This document shows, piece after piece, positions 27,438 through 37,096 of a stretch of 64,000 nt of DNA. Origin of the DNA: an uncultured Alphaproteobacteria bacterium. GTDB lineage: Bacteria; Pseudomonadota; Alphaproteobacteria; Rhizobiales; Xanthobacteraceae. Positions within the stretch are counted from its first letter, which is position 1. Every line of letters starts with the position of its first letter. The stretch is from the NCBI GenBank assembly GCA_963821175.1, contig CAWGCU010000030.1:549-64548 (forward strand), in the 5' to 3' direction. A model generated the notes under the pieces. That model ran no database searches, was not told the origin of the DNA, and saw only the letters and a list, made by a program, of their open reading frames with translations. The translations under genes and the position numbers were made by a program.

Positions 27438-28415
27438 ATGAAGCTGCATCGCCGTCGCGTTCTGCAACTGGCAGCGGCCGCTGCCGCCGCCCCGATCCTG
27501 CCGCGCGCCGCGTTGGCGCTGGATTATCCGACGCGGCCGGTGCGCCTCATCGTCGGCTACGCGGCGGGCAGTGCGCCCGACATTGCCGCGCGCCTGTTAG
27601 CGCAATCGCTGTCGGACCGACTAGGCCAGCAGTTCGTCACCGAGAACAAGCCCGGCGCCGGCACCAATCTCTCGACCGAGGCCGTGGTTCGCGCCGCGCC
27701 GGACGGCTACACGCTGCTTGAGATCGCGACGCCGAACACGCTCGGCAACCTGCTGCACGACAATCTCAACTTCGACTTCGTCCGCGATATCGCGCCGGTC
27801 GGCTATATCGGCGCGACGCCGTTCGTCATGGTGGTGGCGCCTTCATTCCCGGCGCAGACCGTCGCCGAGTTCATCGCTTATGCCAAGGCCAATCCGGGCA
27901 AGGTCAACATGGGCTCGAACGGCACCGGCAACCTCACCCATATTTCCGGCGAGCTGTTCAAGATGATGACCGGCGTCGACCTGTTCCATGTGCCGTACCA
28001 CAGCGAACTGGAGGCCCAGACCGATCTGCTCGCCGGCCGCGCCCACGTCATATTCAATCCGATCATCTCGTGCCTGGGCCAGATCAAGGCCGGCAACCTC
28101 CGGGCGCTCGCGGTGACAACGCCGAAGCGTATCGATTCGCTGCCCGGCGTGCCGACCGTAAGCGAGACCGTGCCGGGCTACGAGGTCACCGGCGGCTTGG
28201 GCATCGGCGCGCCGCGCGATACGCCGGGCGAGATCATCGACAAGCTCAATGCCGCGATCAAAGCCGGGCTGAACGACGATGCAGTGAAAAGCCATCTCGT
28301 CGAGCTCGGCAGCATCCCGATGGCGATGAGCCCTGCCGACTATCGCAAGCTGATCGCCGACGAGAACGCGAAGTGGAGCAAGGTGATCAAGTTCGCCGGG
28401 ATTAAGCTCGGGTAG
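27438..28415 (+). CDS. Bug/TctC-family tripartite tricarboxylate transporter substrate-binding protein
   Basis: Start taken at ATG 27438 (MKLHRRRVLQLAAAAAAAPILPRAALA signal). Family pattern: YPTRPVRLIVGYAAGSAPDI.AR...ENKPGAGTN...VPY. Confidence 0.85.
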   Translation: MKLHRRRVLQLAAAAAAAPILPRAALALDYPTRPVRLIVGYAAGSAPDIAARLLAQSLSDRLGQQFVTENKPGAGTNLSTEAVVRAAPDGYTLLEIATPNTLGNLLHDNLNFDFVRDIAPVGYIGATPFVMVVAPSFPAQTVAEFIAYAKANPGKVNMGSNGTGNLTHISGELFKMMTGVDLFHVPYHSELEAQTDLLAGRAHVIFNPIISCLGQIKAGNLRALAVTTPKRIDSLPGVPTVSETVPGYEVTGGLGIGAPRDTPGEIIDKLNAAIKAGLNDDAVKSHLVELGSIPMAMSPADYRKLIADENAKWSKVIKFAGIKLG

Positions 28416-28424
28416 AGCGGCACC

Positions 28425-29150
28425 TCACCCCTTGCCATAAAACACCGGCACCGGCACACCCTGCGTGATCGCCTCGATGCGCGTGTCCTCGTCTTTCTTT
28501 TTCTTCTCGCACAGCTCCAGCACCCGCATGATATCGGCGCGCGGGATGAAGCAGACGCCGGTGTCGTCGGCGACGACGAGGTCGCCGGCATTCACCCGCA
28601 CCTCGCCCATCTGGATCTCGCCGTTGATCTCGACGGTTTCGAGCCTCCATTTGCCGGTCGCCGGCGTGATCTCGCTGGCCCAGATCGGATAGCCGATCGA
28701 ACGTGAATGCCGCACATCGCGCACGCCGCCCATGACGATGGCGCCGCGCTCGCCCTGGCGCTGGCCCGTGTAAGACGAGATGCCACCCATATTGGACATC
28801 CCTCCGACGCCGGCGATCACCAGCACGTCGCCGTCTTCGGCGAGATTATGCGCCTCGAACTCGGCCATGCGGTTGACGTGGGTCTTTGCGGCCAGCGGAT
28901 CGGAGCGCTGGCGGATGTTGCGCACGGTGAGCGCCGGGCCGACGATCAGCTTGCCGGGCAAGGTCGGCTTGAGCGTGGTGGCGCCGATCACGCCTTCGGG
29001 CACGCCGAGCTCGTCCATCACGTCGGAGATCAGGCTGGTGCATTCGCCGAGCGTCAGAAACCGCTCCACCGCGCCCGCGGGCGGCTTCGGCGTTGATTGC
29101 AATTTGATGCGCTCGGCCGCGATCCGGCCGGTGAGTTTCTTGTCGGGCAT
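28425..29150 (-). CDS. RraA-family protein (RraA / HMG-CHA aldolase-like)
   Basis: Intact 241-aa ORF with GDVLVIAGVG...GGISSYTGQRQGERGAIVMGGVRD and GDLVVADDTGVCFIP. Confidence 0.8.
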   Translation of the reverse strand: MPDKKLTGRIAAERIKLQSTPKPPAGAVERFLTLGECTSLISDVMDELGVPEGVIGATTLKPTLPGKLIVGPALTVRNIRQRSDPLAAKTHVNRMAEFEAHNLAEDGDVLVIAGVGGMSNMGGISSYTGQRQGERGAIVMGGVRDVRHSRSIGYPIWASEITPATGKWRLETVEINGEIQMGEVRVNAGDLVVADDTGVCFIPRADIMRVLELCEKKKKDEDTRIEAITQGVPVPVFYGKG

Positions 29151-29168
29151 GGTTTCCTCTGAGGTGCT

Positions 29169-29257
29169 GTAGCCCGGATTGAGCGTAGCGAAATCCGGGA
29201 GAGAATGCCCGGCCCAAATGCCGTTCCCGGGTTTCGCAGCCGCTCAACCCGGGCTAC
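29169..29257. repeat. palindromic repeat of the same family as 26711..26796
   Basis: GTAGCCCGGATTGAGCGTAGCGAAATCCGGG at 29169..29199 faces CCCGGGTTTCGCAGCCGCTCAACCCGGGCTAC at 29226..29257. It lies in the divergent RraA/LLM intergenic region. Confidence 0.7.
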
Positions 29258-29280
29258 GATGAGGCGCCACAGGTGCGACC

Positions 29281-30621
29281 ATGATGAAACTCGGCTTGTT
29301 CGTCGAAGGCACCGGCCACCATGTCGCGGCCTGGCGCGATCCCGACGTCGATCCGCACGGCCGGCAGACCCTCAAGCATTATGTCGACATCGCGCGGCTG
29401 GCCGAACGCGGCAAGTTCGACCTGTTGTTCATGGCCGACACCAACGCCACCTTCGGCCCCGACGACGTCGAGACCTGGACGCGCACCACGCAGGCGTCGC
29501 GGCTCGAGCCGATCACGCTGTTGGGCGCGCTGGCCGCCGTCACCGAGCGCATCGGGCTCGTGGCGACCGCGACCACCACCTATTTCGAGCCGTTCCATGT
29601 CGCGCGTTTCTTTGCTTCGCTCGACCAGATCAGCGGCGGGCGCGCCGGGTGGAATCTGGTGACGTCGCTCGCCGTGGCGGAAGCTTACAATTTCGGCCGT
29701 GAGAGCCATCCGCATCACGGCGACCGCTACGCCCGCGCCCGCGAATTCGCCAAAGTGGTGCTCGGGCTGTGGGACAGTTTTGAAGACGGTGCCGTCATCG
29801 CCGACAAGGAGAGCGGCATCTATTTCGATGCGGCAAAGCTGCATTTTCTCAACCACAAGGGCAAGCACTTTGCGGTGCGCGGGCCGTTGACCGTGCATCG
29901 CTCGCCGCAGGGCCATCCGGTCATCGTGCAGGCCGGCCAGTCCGACGACGGCCGCGATCTGGCCGGCGAAACCGCGGAGATCACGTTTACGGTGCAGCAG
30001 GATTTCGAAGCCGGCCGGGCGTTCTACGCCGACATCAAGCGCCGCGCCGCGGCTTACGGCCGGCATCCCGATTCGATCAAGGTGATGCCCGGCGTGATGA
30101 CGGTGATCGGCCACACCCGCGCCGAGGCGCAGGACAAATACGAGCGGCTCCAGGCGCTGCTGTCGCCCGAATTGGCGATCAAGGATTTGTCGTCGCATTT
30201 CGGTTTCGACATGTCACGCTTGCCGCTCGACGGCCCGGTGCCCGATCCGGCGCCCGACGTCGAGCAGAAAGGCCGCGTCAAGGTCATGGTCGAACTGGCG
30301 CGCCGCGACAACCTGACCATCCGCCAGCTCTACAAGCGCGTCTACGGCCAGCGCGGCCACCGCGTGGTCATCGGCACCGCGGCCGAAGTCGCCGACGCGC
30401 TCGAACAATGGTTCCGCGGCGGCGCAGCGGACGGCTTCAACATCTTGCCGCTGACGTTTCCGCGCGGGCTCGAAGACATCGTCGATATGCTGATTCCCGA
30501 ACTACAGCGCCGCGGCCTGTTCCGCACCGAATACGAAGGCAAGACCTTGCGCGAAAATCTCGGCCTGCCGTTTCCGCATAATCGCTGGGCGGTCGAGCGC
30601 GAGCAGAAGAGCGCCGGGTGA
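29281..30621 (+). CDS. LLM-class flavin-dependent monooxygenase (NtaA/SnaA/DszA family)
   Basis: Intact 446-aa ORF: MKLGLFVEGTGHHVAAWR...LEPITLLGALAAVTERIGLVATATTTY.EPFHVAR.FASLD.ISGGRAGWNLVTS. Confidence 0.9.
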   Translation: MMKLGLFVEGTGHHVAAWRDPDVDPHGRQTLKHYVDIARLAERGKFDLLFMADTNATFGPDDVETWTRTTQASRLEPITLLGALAAVTERIGLVATATTTYFEPFHVARFFASLDQISGGRAGWNLVTSLAVAEAYNFGRESHPHHGDRYARAREFAKVVLGLWDSFEDGAVIADKESGIYFDAAKLHFLNHKGKHFAVRGPLTVHRSPQGHPVIVQAGQSDDGRDLAGETAEITFTVQQDFEAGRAFYADIKRRAAAYGRHPDSIKVMPGVMTVIGHTRAEAQDKYERLQALLSPELAIKDLSSHFGFDMSRLPLDGPVPDPAPDVEQKGRVKVMVELARRDNLTIRQLYKRVYGQRGHRVVIGTAAEVADALEQWFRGGAADGFNILPLTFPRGLEDIVDMLIPELQRRGLFRTEYEGKTLRENLGLPFPHNRWAVEREQKSAG

Positions 30622-30647
30622 GCGTGCAGGACAGCGTACAGCTGCCG

Positions 30648-31640
30648 TTACTCGATCACGTCGTCCGCGCGAGCGGACAATGTCGGTGAGATTTCGAGCC
30701 CAAGCGCTTTCGCGGTCTTGAGGTTGATGACAAATTGGAAGTTCGTGGGCTGCACCACGGGAAGATCCCCCGGTTTTTCGCCATCAAGGATGCGGCCGGC
30801 ATAGCGACCGGCTTGACTATAAGCGTCTGTCAGCACCGTCCCATAGCTCATCAGGCCACCATCGACAGCGAACTGACGCCATTCGTAGATCGCCGGCAGC
30901 CGATGCTGCGCGGCCAGTGCGATCAGGCGCGCGCGGCGGCTGTTGAAGAACGGATCAGCCCCGACGAGCAAGCCGGCCGCCTGTCGCTGCGCCATCGTGG
31001 CGAAAATAGCCTCGAACTCGTCTTCGGCTTTGGTGCTGAAAATGATGATTTCGACGCCGATGCGCGGAGCCGCGTCGCGCACATCGCGCAACTGCAATTC
31101 CACGGCCGGGTTCGCCGGATTGAATAGGACGGCGATGGTTTTGGCGGCGGGCGCCGCCTCGTGCAACAGGCCGAGGCGCTTGGATTCCATTTCATAGGAA
31201 AAAACAGTGGCGCCGGTGATGTTACCGCCCGGCCGATTGAGGCTGGCGACGAGACCTTCCTTGACCGGATCGCTGCCCCCGACCATCACGATGGGAATGG
31301 TCGAGGTCGCAGCCTTGGCCGCAAAAGCCGCCGGCTCGCCACCGCCGGTGACGATCAATGTTACCGGCCGAGCGACCAAATCGGCCGCCATTGCCGGCAG
31401 TCGATCGTAGTTTCCGTCCGCCCAACGATATTCGATCTGAACGTTGCGGCCCTCGACATAGCCGGCATCGCCCAGCGCTTTGCGGAATGCGGCAAGAGTC
31501 GGTTGCCCCGCTTCGGATGAAATGCCGAACAGCCATCCGATCACCGGCATCGGCTGTTGCGCGCGCGCGGCTAGCGGCCAGGAGATTGCTGCGCCTCCGA
31601 TTGCGGATATGAATTGCCGCCTGCCGATATCAACTGCCAT
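30648..31640 (-). CDS. ABC transporter substrate-binding protein, PF04392 type, orphan
   Basis: Start taken at Met106 of ORF 30648..31955 (MAVDIGRRQFISAIGGAAISWPLAARAQQ). It ends ...SARADDVIE and carries the family blocks. Confidence 0.85.
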   Translation of the reverse strand: MAVDIGRRQFISAIGGAAISWPLAARAQQPMPVIGWLFGISSEAGQPTLAAFRKALGDAGYVEGRNVQIEYRWADGNYDRLPAMAADLVARPVTLIVTGGGEPAAFAAKAATSTIPIVMVGGSDPVKEGLVASLNRPGGNITGATVFSYEMESKRLGLLHEAAPAAKTIAVLFNPANPAVELQLRDVRDAAPRIGVEIIIFSTKAEDEFEAIFATMAQRQAAGLLVGADPFFNSRRARLIALAAQHRLPAIYEWRQFAVDGGLMSYGTVLTDAYSQAGRYAGRILDGEKPGDLPVVQPTNFQFVINLKTAKALGLEISPTLSARADDVIE

Positions 31641-31666
31641 TTCTTTGTTCGCTTCGCTCAGCCCGG

Positions 31667-32521
31667 CTACGATGGTGCGGCCACCGCCACCTTCTCGTTG
31701 GTCCCCGATTCCGGCATCAACGCCGCGGCCTTCAGGCCAGCCTGCACCTTCGGCACCGTCGTCTTCACGTCGGTGATCGGCAGGCCGTGAGTCGGGCCGA
31801 TGATCTTGACGTCGAGGCGGGCGATCAAATGATCCAGCCGGTCGCAATAGACGTTCATGTCGGCGAATTTGGTCCAGAACAGCGCCAGGTCGGCAAACGT
31901 CGACGACACGTCGGGCAGGTCGAGCGACACCGCTTCTTCGGCGATGAGGCCGCAATGGCCGTCCTCGTGATAGTGGCTGTAGGCAAAGCCGTCGCCGGGG
32001 AACAGCACGCGCTCTTTGGTGTCAAAGCCCCACCAGGTGGTGCGCAGGTCGCGGATCACCGGCTCGACCGCCATCAGGGTGCGGCCGCCGAGCTCGATCT
32101 CGTCGCCTTCCTGCATCGAACGCATGCGGTGTTCGTATTGCGGGAAGGCGAGGTGATAGTCGCTGACGTCGCCGACCAAGAGCGCATCGGGAAAGTTTTT
32201 CAGGATGCGGCCCAGCCCGCCGCAATGCGGCGTTTCCTGGTGGGTGACGAACAGATATTTGAGCGGCGCCACGCCGCGCGCGAACAGCTCGTTCATGTGC
32301 CGCTCGATGACCGGGAAATCCTTCGGGTGCCCGGTCTCGACCAGGATCGAGGCGTCGGTGCCGGCGACCAGGTACGCGGCGTTGTAGCCGTGATAGCTCT
32401 TGCCCTTGTGGCGCTGCGCCAGGCAGTCGCCGATCCAGAACACGCCGGGCGCGATCTCGCGCGGCATGCGCTGCGCCACCGGCGTGTCGAGCATGGATTT
32501 AACTTGAGGCTTGTCCAGCAT
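31667..32521 (-). CDS. MBL-fold protein with non-canonical H-x-E-x-x-H metal motif
   Basis: Intact 284-aa ORF with a beta-lactamase-fold pattern (ILVETGHPKDF...). THQETPHCGG replaces HxHxDH, followed by later His/Asp ligand candidates (PGDGFAYSHYHEDGH, GPTHG). Confidence 0.6.
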   Translation of the reverse strand: MLDKPQVKSMLDTPVAQRMPREIAPGVFWIGDCLAQRHKGKSYHGYNAAYLVAGTDASILVETGHPKDFPVIERHMNELFARGVAPLKYLFVTHQETPHCGGLGRILKNFPDALLVGDVSDYHLAFPQYEHRMRSMQEGDEIELGGRTLMAVEPVIRDLRTTWWGFDTKERVLFPGDGFAYSHYHEDGHCGLIAEEAVSLDLPDVSSTFADLALFWTKFADMNVYCDRLDHLIARLDVKIIGPTHGLPITDVKTTVPKVQAGLKAAALMPESGTNEKVAVAAPS

Positions 32522-32523
32522 GG

Positions 32524-33438
32524 TCAGCGCTCCTCGTCGCGGGTGACATAGCGCGACACCGCCACGCTCTTGTCGCAGGCTTTCAAAAATTCATCGAGCA
32601 TCGCGTAGTGCCGCGCCACCACGTTGCGGCCGCGCAGGATGCAGCCATAGCCGGGCGCGATGCATTCGATGTCGTATTTGTCGAACACGTTGCCGATGCC
32701 GCGGCGGATAGTGTCGGTCGGCGCGCCTTCCAGCCACCAATAGCGCGTGTTGAGCATGAACGAGCGTACGTCGCGCAGCGACGTGGAGTCGTTGTCGGTT
32801 TCGTCCACGATCCACGGCCCGGTCGCGGTGTCGCGCCAGACATGGGTGAACATGTCGGAGGAGAACAAGGTGCGGGTCGCGCGATCGTAGAGCCAGCGCG
32901 TGGCAATCAGCCGGATCGGCGCTTGCATGACGTCGATGGCGCGGCCTTCCTTGCCGAGCTCGATCGTGTCGGCGCGAGTCACCGCGGTGACCTTCATGGA
33001 CTTCAAGATGTCGCGGCCTTCGGCCTTGGCGCCGAAATCGAACCACAGCGCGGCATCGATATTGGAGGTGTAGCAGGTCTCGACGTTGAAATGGCCGGCG
33101 AAGCTCTCGACGTTGTTGATCGACATGAATTCGTTGAGCCGCAGCGGGAACATCGACAGCGGCAGGCCCGGCGCGATCAGGGATTCGACCTGCGCCCGGA
33201 TCACCGGCTCGTCCTTGCCGAAGCCGGTATCGATCAGCATCGCGGCGTCGGGCTGCGTCAGCATATAGCTGTTCGCCACCGCAAAGCCCCGCGCGCTCGC
33301 CGGGTACGAGCTGACCCGGCCGTCGAGCGCGAACGGGTTTTGCAGGGCGTAGAGCTTATCGTCGGCGAGCGAGGCGATGCCACCGGCGAAGGCCGATTGG
33401 CGCGTTCGCTCGGGCGCGTATTGGGTCGATAGGGACAT
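32524..33438 (-). CDS. MBL-fold-like protein lacking the metal-binding motif (probable non-catalytic partner)
   Basis: Intact 304-aa ORF. MLIDTGFGKDEPVI... resembles the MBL strand-loop start, but the motif position reads PLRLNEFMSINN (no His). The stop is 2 nt from the start of 31667..32521. Confidence 0.45.
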   Translation of the reverse strand: MSLSTQYAPERTRQSAFAGGIASLADDKLYALQNPFALDGRVSSYPASARGFAVANSYMLTQPDAAMLIDTGFGKDEPVIRAQVESLIAPGLPLSMFPLRLNEFMSINNVESFAGHFNVETCYTSNIDAALWFDFGAKAEGRDILKSMKVTAVTRADTIELGKEGRAIDVMQAPIRLIATRWLYDRATRTLFSSDMFTHVWRDTATGPWIVDETDNDSTSLRDVRSFMLNTRYWWLEGAPTDTIRRGIGNVFDKYDIECIAPGYGCILRGRNVVARHYAMLDEFLKACDKSVAVSRYVTRDEER

Positions 33439-33481
33439 GCTGGTTGGACCTTATCATTTGGGATGGCGGCTGTATCGGCCC

Positions 33482-34258
33482 TCAGGCGTTCTCATAAAGC
33501 GCCGCGGCGCGCACGTCATCCTCGATCATCCGCCAGATGCGGTCGACCAGCGCGACGAATTCCGGCGTGCGCTTGATGTCCAGGGTGCGCGGGCGCGGCA
33601 GCGGTATTTTAATTTCAGCCTGCACGCGGCCGGGCCGGCGCGCGAACACCAGCACGCGGTCGGACAGGAACACCGCTTCGTCGATCTGGTGGGTGACGAA
33701 CAGTACGGTCTTTTGGCCGCGCTCCCAGATGCGCAGCAATTCGGTCTGCATGATCTCGCGGGTCTGGGCATCGAGCGCGGCGAACGGCTCGTCCATCAGC
33801 AGGATTTCCGGATCGATGGCGAGCGCGCGGGCGAGATTGACGCGCTGGCGCATGCCGCCGGAGAGTTGCCGCGGATGATAGTGCTCGAAGCCTTCGAGGC
33901 CGACGAGTTTCAACAGCTCCATGGTGCGCTTGCGGTCGGCTGGGCCGAGAGAGCCTGCGACTTCGCGGCCGATGATGGCGTTGGCGAGCACCGTGCGCCA
34001 CGGCAGGAGGCTGTCGTTCTGGAACACAAAGCCGCGGTCGCTGCCGGGTTCGCGCACGGCGCGGCCGTCGAGCAGCACCTCACCCGAAGAAGCGTGTTCG
34101 AGGCCGGCGACGATGCGCAAGAACGTGGTCTTGCCGCATCCGCTCGGCCCGACCACGGAAATGAATTCGCCGCGCTCGACGTCAAGGCTGATGCCGCGCA
34201 GCGCTTCGAGGTCGCCGAACGATTTCGACAAGCGCGTGACGGCAAGTTTGGCGGTCAT
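33482..34258 (-). CDS. ABC transporter ATP-binding protein (NitT/TauT family)
   Basis: Walker A GPSGCGKTT, the Q-loop, signature LSGGMRQRV and Walker B LLMDEPF. Confidence 0.9.
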   Translation of the reverse strand: MTAKLAVTRLSKSFGDLEALRGISLDVERGEFISVVGPSGCGKTTFLRIVAGLEHASSGEVLLDGRAVREPGSDRGFVFQNDSLLPWRTVLANAIIGREVAGSLGPADRKRTMELLKLVGLEGFEHYHPRQLSGGMRQRVNLARALAIDPEILLMDEPFAALDAQTREIMQTELLRIWERGQKTVLFVTHQIDEAVFLSDRVLVFARRPGRVQAEIKIPLPRPRTLDIKRTPEFVALVDRIWRMIEDDVRAAALYENA

Positions 34259-34259
34259 G

Positions 34260-35099
34260 CTAGTCCTTTGTCCACGGCACCAGCCGCTTTTCCAGCCAGC
34301 CGAACCCCGCCGTCATGACGATGCCGGCGATCGCGAGCACGATGACGCCGGCGAACAGCTCCGGCATGTTGAAGGCGTCGGCCGACTGGCTGATCAGCCG
34401 GCCTAGCCCGGCACGCGAGCCGAACAGCTCCGCCACCACGACGCCGATCAGGCCGCGGCCGATGCCCAGCTTGAGCCCGGCAAGGATGAACGGCACCGCC
34501 GACGGCAGCGACACCTTGAAGAAGATCTGCTGACGTGTGGCGCCGAACGAGCGCAGCATCTCGATCAGCCGCTCGCTCGTCGTGCGCAATCCGGCTTCGG
34601 TGTTGATCGCCACCGGAAACAGCACCAGCGTGATCACCACGATTACTTTCGACCAGATGCCGATGCCGAACCAGAGAATGAACAGCGGCGCCAGCGCGAT
34701 GGTCGGCGTCGCGTAGAGCCCCGACACCCACGGCTGCAGCGCCCGTTTCATCGTCGCGCTCGACGCCATGGCGAGCCCGAGCGCGATGCCGAGGACGCTG
34801 GCGATGACATAGCCGAGCGCGAATTCGGCGGCGCTGACGCCGACGTGGTGCCAGAGCTGGCCGGTGACCGCGAGATTGTAGATGGCGACGGCGATCTGCG
34901 ACGGCGCGGCCAGAAACAACGCATTGTCGACAAGGAAGCGGCTGATCAACTCCCACAACAGGAGCCCGCCGGCGACCGACAGGATTCCCGCAAAATATCT
35001 GGGGTGCAGCGCGCCGCCGCGCTGAGGCCTGGCAGCAGATTCCGCCGGCCGGGATTCCGCCGGGCTCACCGTCTTGACGCCTTCACTCGTTACGCTCAT
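34260..35099 (-). CDS. ABC transporter permease (NitT/TauT family)
   Basis: Intact 279-aa ORF with multiple TM segments and an EAA-like loop (TEAGLRTTSERLIEMLRSFGAT). Confidence 0.85.
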   Translation of the reverse strand: MSVTSEGVKTVSPAESRPAESAARPQRGGALHPRYFAGILSVAGGLLLWELISRFLVDNALFLAAPSQIAVAIYNLAVTGQLWHHVGVSAAEFALGYVIASVLGIALGLAMASSATMKRALQPWVSGLYATPTIALAPLFILWFGIGIWSKVIVVITLVLFPVAINTEAGLRTTSERLIEMLRSFGATRQQIFFKVSLPSAVPFILAGLKLGIGRGLIGVVVAELFGSRAGLGRLISQSADAFNMPELFAGVIVLAIAGIVMTAGFGWLEKRLVPWTKD

Positions 35100-35115
35100 G
35101 GCGATCAGTTATGCG

Positions 35116-36099
35116 CTAATCGGAAATCTGCGTCACGCCCGGCAGCAGCAGGCGGTCGACCGTGAAATCGGCGGGAAGATCGCCCAGCGCGCGCAGCGCC
35201 TCGATCACGTTGCCGACTTTGCGCTTGGAGACTTTGCCGGTCGGCTCGAACAGGTTCTTGTCGCGGAGAAAGCTGTAGGATTTTTCCACGTCGTCCTGAC
35301 CGATCTTGCTCACCTCCATCTGCAGCTTGACCGCGGCCTCGTGATTGGCCGGATCGTCGAACCAGGTGACACCCTTGTTGTAGCAGTCGAGAAAGCGCTT
35401 GAGCACATCGCCATTCGCCGCAGCCCAATCGCGGTTCACCGCCATGCCGGCGAACGGCATGTCGGGCAGATAATCGAAGGTAAAGCCGAGATTGGTGTAG
35501 CCCGCGGTCTCGGCGTAAAAATTGAACGGCACCGTGAGCAGCGCAGCGTCGACCGCGCCGGATTTCAGCGCCGCGAACCGCGCGCTGGTGGCACCGGCAA
35601 ACACGTAGTCGTAATCGCCCGTATGCAACCCGTGCGGCTCGAGCATGCGCTCGGTGAAGATGCGGGTGATGTCTTTGGCGCCGCCGATGATGAGGGTCTT
35701 GCCCTTCAAATCTTCGATCTTCTTGATCTCGGGCTTGGCCAGCAACGCATAAGGCGGCGACTGGATGACGATGCGTACCAGCGCCACCGACGCGCCTTTG
35801 TCGATGGCGCGGATCGGGTCGACCATGCCGGCGGTGGGCGCAACCGCATAGGAACCGGCGGCGAGCTGCTGGATCACGGAAGCGTTCGACTGCGCGAAGA
35901 TGAGGTCGATCTTGATGTTGGCGGCGTCGAAATAGCCGTTCTTGACGGCGATATGGAACGGCCAGAGATTGGCCGAGGTGGCATCGACGGAACCCACCGC
36001 GACGATATCGGCAGCGCCTGCATACAGCGGCGCCAGCGCGACAGCTGCGGCTACGACTACTCCTTTCAACACCGAATTGCGCATAACGGCGCGTCTCAA
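35116..36099 (-). CDS. ABC transporter substrate-binding protein (NMT1/SsuA/TauA-like)
   Basis: Intact 327-aa ORF with a signal peptide. It is a paralog of the frameshifted gene at 36096..37068 and both end ...LPGVTQ(I/M)(S/T)D. Confidence 0.8.
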   Translation of the reverse strand: MRRAVMRNSVLKGVVVAAAVALAPLYAGAADIVAVGSVDATSANLWPFHIAVKNGYFDAANIKIDLIFAQSNASVIQQLAAGSYAVAPTAGMVDPIRAIDKGASVALVRIVIQSPPYALLAKPEIKKIEDLKGKTLIIGGAKDITRIFTERMLEPHGLHTGDYDYVFAGATSARFAALKSGAVDAALLTVPFNFYAETAGYTNLGFTFDYLPDMPFAGMAVNRDWAAANGDVLKRFLDCYNKGVTWFDDPANHEAAVKLQMEVSKIGQDDVEKSYSFLRDKNLFEPTGKVSKRKVGNVIEALRALGDLPADFTVDRLLLPGVTQISD

Positions 36100-37068
36100 T
36101 CCGTCATCTGGGTCACGCCCGGCAGGACGAGTTTGTCGACGTCGAGCGCGCCGGGCAGATCGCCAAGGCTCTCCATCGCTTTGGCGAGCGCATTCAGTTT
36201 CGATCGCGAGACCTTGCCGGTCGGCTCGAAGAAATGCCCGTCGCGGAAGAACGTATAGGCCTTCTCGACGTCGTCTTGGCTCAAGCTCGAGGCGGCCTTG
36301 AGGATACGCAACGTGTCTGCGCGATTTTGCTCATCCTCGAACCAGGCGATGCTCTTGCTTTTGACCCGCAGCAATTTCTCCAGCGTCGCCTTGTTGGCGT
36401 TAGCCCACGCCACATTGACCGCGGTTCCGGAGAACGGCAGGTCCTTCACATAATCCACCGTCAGGCCAAGACTGTTGAATCCCTTCGCCACCGCCTGAAA
36501 GTTGAACGGCGGCAAGCAGAATCGCCGCGTCGACCGCGCCGGCGAGCAGCGCCGATGCGCGCGCGGTCGTGGCGCCGGCGAACACCATGTCGAAGTCGCC
36601 AGGCTTGACGCCGTTCGGCGCCAGCATGCGCTCGACATAGATGCGGGTGATGTCCTTCGGCCCGCCGAGCGATATGACCTTGCCCTTGAGTTCCTTCATG
36701 CTGGTGATGTTCGGCTTGGCGACGAGCGCATAGGGCGGCGCCTGCACCTCGATCCGCACGATCGCGATCGGCGCGCCCATGCCGACGGCGCGTATCGGAT
36801 CGACAAGCCCGGTCTGCGTGGCGATGCCGAGCGAGCCGGCCGCGAGCTGCTGCACCAGTGCGGCGCTCGACTGGACGTAGACGATATCGACCTGCAAACC
36901 CTCGGCGGCAAAGAAGCCTTTGTCCAAGGCGATGAGCTCAGGCCACATGTTGGCCGAAGCCTGGCCGACGCTGCCGATCGTCACCGTTTCCGCCGCGCGC
37001 GCAGCCTGAGCGGCGAGGCACGCCAGCACGACGGCGGATAACGCAGCACGACGCAACTGACACAACAT
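36096..37068 (-). pseudogene. second NMT1/SsuA-like substrate-binding protein, one frameshift as sequenced
   Basis: ORF 36400..37068 (signal plus N-lobe) and ORF 36096..36638 (C-lobe) are colinear with 35116..36099. The frame change lies near 36510. Confidence 0.75.
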
Positions 37069-37096
37069 GGTCGCCTCCGATCAGGTCTTCTTCCAA

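Noticed and set aside
30648-31955. N-terminal extensions offered by the ORF track (also 39064..41592, 26611..27351, 27366..28415, 56235..57467, 42615..43358).
   Set aside because: The extensions are low-complexity or repeat-derived. Internal Met codons give canonical signal peptides or family N-termini, so the shorter starts were used.
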